A stretch of 64,000 bases of DNA, taken from the NCBI GenBank assembly GCA_964016885.1, contig OZ024741.1:148056001-148120000 (forward strand), in the 5' to 3' direction. This stretch comes from Eledone cirrhosa. Its lineage: Eukaryota. Made by a program: the position numbers and the translations under genes. The first letter of the stretch is position 1. Each line of letters opens with the position of its first letter. This document shows positions 38,945 to 50,276 of this stretch, one piece after another. Under the pieces are notes generated by a model. That model was not told where the DNA came from and searched no databases. It saw nothing but the letters and a program-made list of their open reading frames with translations.

Positions 38945-40190
38945 AGATAGTGGATTGTAGCGTTATTTACTGTCTATTTGCTACTAATTGAGCATGCCTT
39001 ATCTACACACTCTATCCATTCTTCGCCCCTTCCACACTTCAATCCTCATATTCTTCCCACATCATACCCCTTTCTACTTCTCCTTCACTCCATTCTCCTA
39101 CACACCTACCAACCACCCCACACACTCTCCATTTTCAATTTTCCGCCTCCATCACCAACACCCTTGAATTAAATGCCCGCCTCTCCTCGCCCTTCCACCC
39201 CACGGGAAGTCAATCAGTGCCACTCGTGCTCCACCCGCAACAGGCGCAAGAAAGGAAAGAACTGCTCCAACTGTAGCAGTTTTTTCCACCTCTCTTGCGT
39301 CAAACTCACCCGATACGCGTTGGAATCCTTGCACCGGTGGCACTGCCCGCCATGCCAGGCAGCAGCAGTAGTGGAGTGGACGTCCTGCGCCTCGGCCACC
39401 CCAGAGACTTCATCTCGTCTCACCAACTGTCTCGTCCGCACCAACTTGCCCTGGCATGCCCGCGATCTCGTCTTCTCAGTCAGTCTGTCCGCCTTAAGGA
39501 AGAATGACGGAACGTCTTCCGACGACAGCTCAGAGGGGGAATCAATTTCCAATGTGAGGCTGCAGCATTCCATAGGGTACGCACCTCCTTCGTCATCCCA
39601 CCTCCTTGTCAAGCTGGACATGACAAACGCTTTCAACAGCGTTCTTCCTCTTGAGGAACTGCTTCGCCCTCTCCAAATTGCTGTTCCCGCCGCGTGGTGC
39701 ACCTTGTCACCCCCACGCAGATCTTCTCGGTGAACTCGACGCCCCCATCCGACGCTGTGCTGAACTCATGTGCAATGTCAGTTTCGACAGTGCCGGCTGG
39801 CAACAGGCGAAGCTCCCAGCGAGGTTCGGTGGCCTCGGCCTCTGTTCCGCTTCGGATCTAGCCTTACCGGCGTATCTTTCCTCAATCTCCTCCAGTAGCG
39901 TTCTCGTCAGCGGGGTCCTCGGCCAGACGGTCGAACAAGACGTTGCCTGTCTGAAGAAGGAGCTCCACGAGTTGGGGTGGCTGTTGCAGCCTATGTCGCT
40001 GGCAATTGTCTGTGGAAAAGATCATGCGGTCTTGTCCGTGGGGCGCAGCTCCAACACCGCCACGCCCTAGACCCAGAGCCCATCCTCCTCCACTTCCCTC
40101 TCCCATTTTCTTTGACCCTAGAGCCCTTTCTTTTCCCTTCCTTTTCCGTTTTTAAATATTGATAAAGTTATTTTCACTGAAAAAAAAGTA
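38945..40190 (+). mobile_element. Internally deleted CRE-clade non-LTR element with an N-terminal PHD finger
   Basis: The PHD reads CHSC..CSNCSSFFHLSC..WHCPPC. RT-region motifs are VKLDMTNAFNSV and AKLPARFGGLGL..LALPAYLSS. The terminal LLQPMSLAIVCG resembles FQRLSLAVxRGN, and an A-rich tail follows. Confidence 0.7.
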
Positions 40191-40361
40191 AAAATAATAA
40201 TGTTTTAACTATATTGACGTAATCTGCGAGAGTAATGCGTAAGATTTCAAACAGATTCGTTCACTAAAAAGTTGATACACAGCGTTCTCTATTTGTGATT
40301 CAACCAGATATTTTCGAAGCTGCAAAAACTAATTCGAAAATTTGGAGGAAAGAAAAAAAAA

Positions 40362-41423
40362 ATGGATGTAAAACGTAATGCCAGCGACTGTGATAGTGCT
40401 ATAAAGGGGTTAAATACTGAAATGGTGAATGCTTATTTTCCAGTAATAATCTATCTGGCAGTTATTATGGTGTTTGGATCAGTCGGAAATGTCTTTGTAT
40501 CTTATATATACTATTATAAATTAGAGAATACGGCCACAAATTTGTTCATTGTAGCGCTTTCTACGTGCGATTTTCTTACTTGTACAATATGCATTCCAAT
40601 GGAACTTGTGTATCTACATGTTTCATACACCTTTTACAATGATGTTGCTTGCCGCTTGTTGCGTTTTATTGGTGGTCTAGCAGTAATCAATTCAGCATTG
40701 ATTGTATTCATTATAGCAGTTGCTAGATATTTACTTGTATGTCGACCTCTTAAAAAACAAATTTCTCGTAAGAAGTCAAAGAAAATCCTAGTATGTTTAA
40801 CAATCATCGCTACCATGTTGGGCCTGCCAGCAGTTCTTATATACAGCACACGAAAAACGAAGATAAAACAATGTGGAAATATTGGAAATGTGTGTTCATT
40901 TGCTGAGAATTTGCGTGATACAGTCTATCCTTTAATCTATTATGGTTCATTGTTGTTTATTTTTGCTTCTCTGTTTATTTTTCTCATGATAATTTATTTA
41001 GTAATTGGAATACATATTTGGCAAATTTCCAAAAGAAAGGACAGTAGACGCCTAAAAATAGTATTAACGAAGAGTGCGTCCCAACCCCTATCTGAAAGTA
41101 TTGGCGCTCAAAATATTTTAGGTAATAAACGATTTCAGTTTCGTGAAAAAAAATCAATTAACCCATCTAGAACCAATATGCTTTTGTTCTGTATCACTTT
41201 GGTCTGGATTATAAGTTATTTACCACATCTACTTACCGCAATATTCTGGAGGGTGGACAAAGAAAATTCATTTGGCTCCGACACAGCTGAAGGAATTGTA
41301 CTTTATAGGTTATTAATGTATTCTATTTACTGTAATTGTGCTATAAACCCATTTTTTTATGGAATTTTTAATACGAGGTTTCGTATTGAACTACAGGATT
41401 TGTTTCACCTATGTCATGAATAA
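40362..41423 (+). CDS. Class A (rhodopsin-like) GPCR with uninterrupted CDS, peptide-receptor-like orphan, 353 aa
   Basis: Seven hydrophobic segments. TM1 GSVGN, TM2 NLFIVALSTCD, TM3 Cys and IAVARY..VCRP, an ECL2 Cys, TM6 WIISYLP and TM7 NCAINPFFY. An N-glycosylation site (NAS) is near the N-terminus. No stops; AATAAA near 41938. Confidence 0.92.
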   Translation: MDVKRNASDCDSAIKGLNTEMVNAYFPVIIYLAVIMVFGSVGNVFVSYIYYYKLENTATNLFIVALSTCDFLTCTICIPMELVYLHVSYTFYNDVACRLLRFIGGLAVINSALIVFIIAVARYLLVCRPLKKQISRKKSKKILVCLTIIATMLGLPAVLIYSTRKTKIKQCGNIGNVCSFAENLRDTVYPLIYYGSLLFIFASLFIFLMIIYLVIGIHIWQISKRKDSRRLKIVLTKSASQPLSESIGAQNILGNKRFQFREKKSINPSRTNMLLFCITLVWIISYLPHLLTAIFWRVDKENSFGSDTAEGIVLYRLLMYSIYCNCAINPFFYGIFNTRFRIELQDLFHLCHE

Positions 41424-41605
41424 AATATTGAATTTCTTGAAAATAAATACAAAAGTATGGAAATCTTAACTCTACAGATCTCACCAAAGTATATTTGACG
41501 ATTATGTCCTGTGATTATGTCCTTAAACTTTCTAACCACATTACCCAAATGGCAAATATCCTTTGGACGGTTGTTTGCTTTCTACATTTGTACAAAGTCT
41601 GCATT

Positions 41606-41649
41606 GGGTAATTCCCAGGATACGCTATAGCATATCCTGGGAATTACCC
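41606..41649. repeat. 44-nt near-perfect palindrome in the likely GPCR 3' UTR
   Basis: GGGTAATTCCCAGGATA-CGCTATAGCA-TATCCTGGGAATTACCC. Confidence 0.8.
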
Positions 41650-42410
41650 GGCAGAATTACATGAGCAGAATAACATCAAACAAAAGGGGAGTAAATTTGC
41701 CACAAACAAAACGTAAATATATACCCGTAAAATCTCAGGTTTTACACACATCTATCTCGACGAACAGTCAGAATAAGGAGACAATGCAACATATGCTAAG
41801 ATACTAGAAAATGAAATCAACATTAGAAGTAGTCTCTTCTGTATGACTGAGAGCTACTTCTCATCATATACATAGCCAGAAATTTACTACGGGTTGTAGT
41901 AAATTGTATTAAAAATATGTATCTAATATGATGACGCAATAAAGAAGTTTTGATTTATTTTTCTAATGAAGAAAAAATCGGTTCGGTACAATGTTATTTT
42001 CACACTTGTCATGTTGATAGGTTTTGTTAGAATTTGAAGATGAAATTTGCTTTTACTATGATTTTAAAAAATGTAATATATACGAATATGGACTTGAAAA
42101 CCGTCGTAAATTATTCGTTTTCTGTGGTTTCACATCGAAGAATTTCATCTTAGAGACGGTGTAATAATGAAAATTTGCCTAAAATCTTTCAATCCATTTG
42201 ACAATTTTTGCGATCAATTGCCAAAAGGTCTAATGTGTTCTGAAGAGTGACGTATTTTAGCCATTGTGTTGTCATTGTTACTATATTTACATCAAATCTT
42301 CAATTATTTCTCAAATTATCAATACAAGCGTTTTACAAAATTGTAAATTATTACTTTTCTGAAGGTTAGAAATCATTTCGAAAGAATGAAAACAATTTAT
42401 GACAAAGAAT

Positions 42411-43408
42411 TGAATGTTCCATCCTTTTGACTTCAAAAATCGCAACCATCATAAACCAGTCTTCTCCAACCAGATCTACTCTCTGCCTCATCTTCCCAAT
42501 CCTCAACACTAGTACTAAGTGTCTTCAGGTTACCTTTGACAACATCCCTGAAACATTTCTTGGGTTTCTGTCTGGGGCGTTGATCAAGAGTTCACTCTTC
42601 TTCTTTACTTATTCCTGAAAGGGTCGTGGGGGCAGAGTCCTGAAACACCCCTTCCAGCAGGTCGTCATAAGGAACCATCTCTAACTGATCTGGCTGGATC
42701 CTCAAGCGAGAGCAGCCAAGCTCATGGATGTTATCCAACCATCTTGCTCTGGGTCTACCCCTGGGTATCCTGCCGGTTGGTAACTATCTGATCTCCGAGC
42801 TACGCACCCTATTGAGTAACGTTACTCTAAAGACCATAATTCTGCTGTTTGTATTCACAATCGTATTCTTTCACTCTTTGATTCTGCACTGGATATTTGT
42901 GTTAAGAGAGGGGCTGAACTGTCGACCAATCACCATCTAGTTATCTGCAACTTAAGACTAATTAAAGCCAAGGAAGCCTACAAAGCTGCCAGGTCCAGGG
43001 CGACCTACAGGATAAAGTGGGGAGCATGGTGGACAAAGAATTCAGGACCAGGTATGCAGATACTATTGCATCCAAATTCAGAGAACTCCCTGAGCAAACT
43101 GAGGATGTTGACTCAGAGTGATTGTTCAGCTCAACAGTTTCTGCTTCAGCTCTTAAATGCTGCAGGCGAAAGAGGCTTGGTGTGGTGCCATATGACAGGA
43201 AGACATCTTGGTTCAATCAAGAAGCCCATGAGTCAACTAATCAGGACCGATGGAGTCGCAACACACGCTCACACCATATTTCTAATGAAAGACAATACCT
43301 GTGATTTTTCAAATAATTTTGAAAATGATGAAGAATTTGGCGGGATATAGTAATATAATTAATTTTCTCATTATTTAGTTGATGTTTGGAACATAACTTT
43401 AAAAAAAG
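42411..43408. repeat. Mosaic of inverted copies: 42411-43235 from ~54585-55536 (NCAPG intron) and 43246-43408 from ~49765-49927
   Basis: Reverse-complement matches, including the nested RTE-in-RTE junction. Confidence 0.85.
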
Positions 43409-43409
43409 G

Positions 43410-44490
43410 AGGCTGACCTCCTGCCTTCAATCACTTGTGGAGATGACCCCAAGATATTTGAACTTCTCCATCTGCTTCAGCAGAACTCCATTCACATGTA
43501 GCATGCACTGTGCAGGCTTCCTTGAGAGGGTGAGTGTTTCAATTTGCGCTATACTGATTTTCATTCCTACCATGCAGCACTCGGCATCAAACCTGTCAAG
43601 TGCAAGTCGAAGATAATCTTCTGTCGAGTAAAGCAACACCATGTCATCTGCAAATTCCAGTCAACTGATTTGACACCTGCCAGTCATGGTACCACTTCCA
43701 ACCCGGCTGCGCATGTCAATCCTGTTCATGTAAATAATGAACAGGAGAGGTGACAGTACACACCCTTGGTGGAGTCAGACTCCCACATTGAATGGCTTCC
43801 ATTTAGCACCATTTATCCGAACACAAATACTCGGTCATTCATATAGACAAGAGGGTAGCAAGAAGCTGACCATCAATTCCATACTCCTGTACAGCTTTCC
43901 ACAGCAGGTCCCGAGGAACGCGGTCATATGCCTTCTGAAGGTCGACAAAACAAGAATATACTTCTTAGCAATACACCCATGATTTCTCGAATACCTGCCG
44001 CAGTGTGAATATTTGGTCAGTTGTGCTGCATCTGCGGTGAAAACCACACTGTTCATCAGCTAGCTTGGACTCGACAGTCTCCATGCATCTCTTTGTCAGA
44101 CACTTATCAGACTATACAGGCGAGGCTTAACAAGATCCCTCTGTAATTGAAATAATCTCTCTTGTCTCCCGTTTTGAAAATTGGGATTATCACTCCCGAT
44201 TGCCATTGATCAGGTGTCCTTCCAGAGATCCAGGCCACCTGGCACACAAGTCAGCCAGAGAATACCTTCTCTATTTAAGGCTTTTAACATCTCGGGCCGG
44301 ATTCATCTTCCCACATTTGAGCTCTTTAACTGCTCTTGCAACCTCAGCCTCAAAGATTAGTCACAGCTCTCATATGCACCTCGTGTACATTCAAAAATGC
44401 TGTTGTGATCAAGTTTAGGAGATCAGCAAAGTATTCTCTCCACCAAGTGAGGATGCACCTCTCCAAAGATAGGAGGACCCCAGACACATA
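43410..44490 (-). mobile_element. RTE-type LINE RT relic
   Basis: Remnants read VIIPIFKTGDKR, FVDLQKAYDRVPR, QGCVLSPLLFIIYM and KFKYLGVISTSD. Confidence 0.75.
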
Positions 44491-46571
44491 AATTGCATTA
44501 AATACAATTATGTAAACATAACATCTGTCTTAACATTATTTCGTAAATGGAAACTCCATCAGGCTTAATCACCACCCTAATGCTGGATATATATGATTGA
44601 TGTGGAGCGCTTTTTAACTGCTTAAACCAGATTATCTTTATGTTACATAACCTTCACAGATAAACACACTAATTATCAGCAATATATATATATTTTTTTT
44701 TTTTCTAACTTCGCTCCTTAAACCCCCCTTATTCTTCCTCAGAGTTTCTGTTCTCCCCCTATCCAAACATTCTTGATGAAGAAATTCTGTCTTGAAACTT
44801 TGAAACCTCCTCCACTTCCACCAAGCGTGAACATAATATAACTGTGTACAATTGCCTCCTGTGTTTTGTTTGTTCATTTTCAACTATATATGAATATATA
44901 TAATGCAAAGCTGTATATTTTAAAGTGCTTATATTTATTTCAAAAACTTTGATCATAATTTTTGTAAGAATCTTAATAAGAAAGTCAGTTATATTATCAT
45001 ATATCTTTTTATTAGATAAGGGCAATAGAATTGTGTTTAAACATTCATATCACATGTACAGTTCACTGTCTTCATATTCTCAGACACTCCTAATTGTTGC
45101 TGCTACAGTACTTCAAACTTCTCATTCCTAAGTCTTAGTCCTGTTCACCAATTCATTTACAACACTACAGATTTCTGATCCGTAGATCACAGGCTTCTAA
45201 TTATCAATACATCAAACAAAAACAACTCTATTGGGATATTCCAATGAGCTGGTTTCAAAACATCTACACAAACACAAGTGTCACAGAAGAAGAAAAATAA
45301 ACAGGAAAAAATGAGAAAAGAAAAAAGAGAAAAGAAAAAAGAAAAAGGAAAAAGAAAAAAGGAAAGAAAAAGCATAAAAAAAGACTAAAATATAAAGCTA
45401 GCTATAATATATAATTTTAATGAAATACACATCCCTTAATATCTTTTACCACATGAAATGTATTAGCAAGAGTTTTGAAAATAACAAAACAACACTATGA
45501 GTGCATCACATTAAAAATTCAAGTGTTTACACTAACTAATACTGCACATTTTCACATGTCCACCAGTAAAGATACTATATATATTTGAATTAACAAACTT
45601 ATTTTTAAATATTTGTTTTTACTGAAACACTAGTTGGTGTTATGGTAAAAAAGCTTGTTTCAAGTATTAGTTTTTTTTTTCTGACATTGAGGATAGCACC
45701 AGCCAGACAGAGCTTGACCTGCTGGTGGCAGCACAGTGTATAGAGTAATTAAAGTCAAGAGACAGGCATGGAAAGACAGGAAAAATAAGGGTAGCAGAGA
45801 CCAGTACCAGGTAATTAAGAGAGAAGCTAGACAAGTATACATAGCATGGAAAGAGGATGAAAGGAGGTTTGCGAATGTCTTGTAACGTGAGGATCAGAGA
45901 AAGAAAGCGTTCTGCATTGCAAAGCATTGTGAATAGGGATGTTGTTGGGGAAAAGTGTGTTAGAAATGACACTGATGCACTTAGCACCACTGGTGCTAAA
46001 AAAAAGAAAAAGGGGCCTGGAAATGTTACTTTTGAACGCTGATGAATGTGGAGAATAAATGGGAGTAAGAGAGACTATCCCCAGCCAACCCCGAAGAGGG
46101 ACCAGCTATTGAAATCAACAGTTATAGAGTCAAAAAGTAATCAAGGAGAATAAGAATGGGAAAGCCACTGGACCATCAGATGCAGTCACAGAGATGCTGA
46201 AAATGAAAGGAAGTAGGAAACAAACTTGTCAACTGCATAGTCAATGATATAATACAGGATGAGGTCATACCCAATAATTGTCACAGCAGTATACCCATTA
46301 ATTGTTACAATGTAAAAAATGATGCCCTGAAAAGGAGTAACTTCAGAGCCATAAAACTAATGGACCAAGTTATAAAAGTGACAGAAAGAGGTTTAGAGCA
46401 GCTAATTAGGGAAAGATTTTATTCCAGGGAGGAACACCACAGATGTCCTCTGCTTAGTGAGACAGTTAAAAGAGAAATTCCTAGCTAAGAGTAAACCTTT
46501 ATATCTAATTTTTGTTGATCTAGAGAAGAACTTTAACAAAGTACCATAATCTGTCATCTGGTGGTCCTTAA

Positions 46572-47653
46572 TCCTTTAGTGTTCAAACCGCCCCAAACCG
46601 GCCGTAATTATTTCCCCTTCATTTGTTCAAACCGCCCCAAACCGGCCAATAACACCCACACTAAAATAGTGTTCTAAAAATAAACAATACCGACATCAAA
46701 ATCTCGTCACTGCGAGATTAGGCCCCTACCGTGAAAATTAACACTTAATATAGTGAAACAACTTAAAACAACAAGTGTTTTTTTAACGTTGAAAGTAGAA
46801 CAGATTTTTTGTGTATCAACATGGCTTGTGAAAGTAGCGATACCGACTTTGAAGGTTTTACACACGACGACATTCAGAATGAACAAGAAACAAAAGATAA
46901 TATTAGTGATTTATCTTCAAATGAATAAGATGTTTACATTTCTGAAATTTCATCCGACGATGATTGTTGTTTTGAAAGTGAAAACGAAGGAGATCTCCAG
47001 GACGCCATTGAAAATATTTCAGCAACGTGGTTGAAAAATACCACACCAATATATGTTCTCGATTTTATTCAAAATACTGTTCCACAACACACATTAGCTC
47101 CTGATGCTAAAGCACTGGATTATTTCTTTTTGTTTTTACCATAAACTTTCTTCGAAGTTGTGGCAAAAGAGATTAATTCGATATGCCCAACAACATATTT
47201 CAAATCGAGGAAAACCCGATCTGTTTGGCGACCGACAGATGCTGCGGAAATGCAAGCATTTTTTGCCATAAATATTATGTTCGGTATAAAACAATTTCCA
47301 AGACTGTGGAATTACTGGAGCATTGATATAAGGTTTAGTGATCCTTATATATCAAGTATTATGCCAAAAACAACGTATTTAAAATTAAACCAGTATTTGG
47401 ACCTGGTTGATACTTCAAATGCCCCTATTAATTAATTTCTCCTGCCCATAAAAGTCAAATTTAACCAAAAAAAATCAGGTAAAATTATATAATTGTAAAT
47501 TATTGATATTTAAACATCTACTAACAAAATTTCATGTCTGCACATAGAAAATTACAAACAAATAAAATTGATAACCCTCTTGAGTACAATTAACTGAAAA
47601 TAATGTGAACAGATAAACATGACATTTGACAAATTAATGTGAATGCTAAACGG
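46572..47653 (+). mobile_element. Internally deleted piggyBac element with TTAA TSDs
   Basis: TTAA is at 46568-46571 and 47654-47657. TIRs are TCCTTTAGTGTTCA and TGAATGCTAAACGG. It encodes an acidic N-terminus and WRPTDAAEMQAFFAINIMFGIKQFPRLWNYWS. Empty sites are at ~11077 and ~16084. Confidence 0.9.
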
Positions 47654-48494
47654 TTAAGGAAACTATGCTTAAAAGAATGGTTGGTGAGATCAGTGCAAGC
47701 CATGTACAGAGGAGCTGTAGGTAAAGTGAAAGTAGAAAAGGAGTTTAATGAAGAATTAAAAGCTCAGGTAAAAGTTCATCGGGGTTCAGTTCTCAGCCCA
47801 CTTCTGTTCATTATAATTCTCTAGGCCATAACAGAGAAGTTTATGACTGGCTGCCCATGGGAACTTCTTTATGCAAATAATCTGGTTCTTATAGCTGAAT
47901 CTGTAGAAAAGCTAGAGAATAAGTTCCAACTGTGGAAGCAGAATCAAAAGGGCTGAGAGTAAGCTTAGAAAAAACTCAAGTGTTAGTAAATAAGAAAGAA
48001 GACACGATCCTGATCCCATCAAGGAAATGGGCCTGTTCGACACACAGAAAAGGAGTCAGCAGAAACTCTATAAGATGTGCACAATGCAAATGTGTGCATT
48101 ACATGTAATAGATGCACAGGGGTAGAGTGTCAGTGATATAAACCTTTTCCTATCATATGAAGGATCCATAAAAGTAGTTGAGAGCTTCTGCTACCTAGAA
48201 TATTACTTGCAGTCATATTATAAGCTATCGACTCATCATCATCATTGTTTTTACATTAACTTTTCTACATTTGCATCCCAATAGAAGTAAGCCACAGTAG
48301 AAGACCAGGGATGACCTGGGTTGAGGTGATGAGTGCTGATCTCAAATGTTGAAACTCACAGAGGAGATGTGGAAAGAACGCAACAAGTGCTAAAAAGGAC
48401 CCATCCAACCCATGCAAGAGTGGAAAAACGGACGTAAAAACTATGATGATGATGAATTGATAGGTTATAATATGACAGCAAGTGACATTCTACT

Positions 48495-48569
48495 TCAGTT
48501 ATGAGCAGTTGGACGTGAAGAAACTTGATTGGATGGAGTTGTTTGGTATTGATCATTCAGCTTCAGTGT
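48495..48569 (-). other. Candidate further NCAPG exon (TLKLNDQYQTTPSNQVSSRPTAHN*)
   Basis: Acceptor TTTTGTTTGTTTCAG, in phase with the donor after 50271. It lies downstream of the TAA at 50277-50279. Confidence 0.4.
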
Positions 48570-48619
48570 CTGAAACAAACAAAATATATCAGAATAACGT
48601 TTTGAATTAAAATCCACAA

Positions 48620-48950
48620 TGGAGGCACATGGCTTAGTGGTTAGAGCATTGGGCTTGCAATCGAAAGGTTGTGAGTTCAATTCTCAGACCGGGTGATGTA
48701 TTGTTTCCTTGAGCAAGACACTTTATTTCACATTACTCCAGTTTACTCAGCTGTAGAAATGAGATGATAGGACTGGGGTCCATATCATTCCACTGCAAAG
48801 TGGATGTGGAGGTGCCGCGGCAAAAAATCACCCAGCACTCACTGTAAATGAGGTTGGTGTTAGGAAGGGCATCCAGCTGTAGAAACCAAGCCAGAATCAG
48901 TTCCCGTCCCACCCTTGCAAGCAAGGAAAAGCGGACGTGTGATGATGATG
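48620..48950 (+). mobile_element. tRNA-derived SINE (family B) followed by an RTE-like 3' tail ending in (GAT)n
   Basis: TGGCTTAGTGG (A box), GAGTTCAATTC (B box), core CCTTGAGCAAGACACTTTA, then GTTAGGAAGGGCATCCAGCTGTAGAAAC..GATGATGATG. Confidence 0.75.
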
Positions 48951-50276
48951 AAGAATGCACTCTGTAGAATGCAGGAATGTATTTAAGCAAGATATGCTCC
49001 ATATTTAGCATAGTTTCTACAGCTAAAGGAACTTCCTAATGTCAACAAATTTTTTTTTATTGTTTAGTCAAGGAGAGAAAGGCAGGATCCATGACCCTTT
49101 ATTTTATCAGAGCCTCCGAGACTGGTGGGAGGGTGGAAGGAAAAAATCCTCTAACCAAAGACAGAGACACTTATTGCACATAGCAAGAAAACATTAAACT
49201 TCAGCCCACTTAAAAATTAACGCATGCACCTAGAGCCCTCACCCCAAATACTAGGCCTTATTATCAGTGAGGATCTCTCCCGATGACCACACATCCATAA
49301 CATAGTAAAGACAACAACATAAAGACCGGTCATTCTCTTCAGAGCCAGAAGATACTTCAGTTTCCAATAATTACTGACTGTCTACAATGTTCAGATGAGA
49401 CCCACAATGAAATTACACTTCCAGTTTTACAACTTTGCTGCTAATATAGACACAGAGGCATCCCAGACCACATTGCAAGGCCACTGGACATACTTCAGTC
49501 TCTAGCTCACAGATTAGTGTCTCCTCTCTATCCTTTTTATCACTTCTACAATGGCATCTGCTCCTTAGAGCTGGTTGGCATTGCACCACCTCCATTCAGG
49601 TACTCTTGACTCATTAGTCCCTCCTCCTTCCATTGACCATGTTGTGTCCAATGTCCCAAGCCCCACATTGAACCAATACTCCCAACCTTTCTTCGCCAGA
49701 GTGTCATCACTCTTGAATTCCCACTCTGCATGTCTTGTCTTTGGTAATAATTCCATGTAAGAACATTTTTTAAGTTATGTTCCAAACATCAACTAAATAA
49801 TGAGAAAGTTAATTATATTACTATATCCTACCAAATTCTTAATCAATTTCAAAATTATTCGAAAAATCACAGGCATTGTCTTTCATTAGAAATACGGTGT
49901 GAGCGTGTGTTGAGACTCCATCGGTCTTGAGTGTTTCAGTCGTTTGATCAATTGAGCCATCTGTTTGTGAAATTAACATGCAAGTGGCTGAACATTCTGC
50001 AGACATGTGTACCCATAACCTAATTCAACATGACACTGTGTGTCAAGGCTGGGCCTTTTGAATTTTTGCAGCTGAGCAGACTGGAACAACATGAAATGTC
50101 CTGCTCAAGAACAATGCACCACCAGGAATTGAACACAAGACTGAACCAAACATCCAAACCACTAAACCCCACACCACCACCACAAGCAATATGGTAACAA
50201 ATGGGTCAAAGAACTAATAGTTTATGGCACTCATCATGAGATTTAGTTGATTAGATGTCAATCAGCTTACCTTCAT

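Larger units (their letters stand above)
44950..49504 (-). repeat. Right arm of the inverted duplication, immediately downstream of the NCAPG coding end
   Basis: Reverse complement of 8417-13124. Confidence 0.9.

Noticed and set aside
45000-45400. Possible additional 3' exon after a long polypyrimidine tract (GTGTAG| near 45263, minus strand)
   Set aside because: There is no recognisable coding similarity or convincing upstream donor, so it cannot be supported without transcripts.
8417-49504. Giant DNA transposon (Polinton/Teratorn-like) with kb-long TIRs
   Set aside because: No polB, capsid or cognate transposase lies inside and no TSD was found. The arms are made of old LINE and host flank sequence, so segmental duplication is the simpler explanation.
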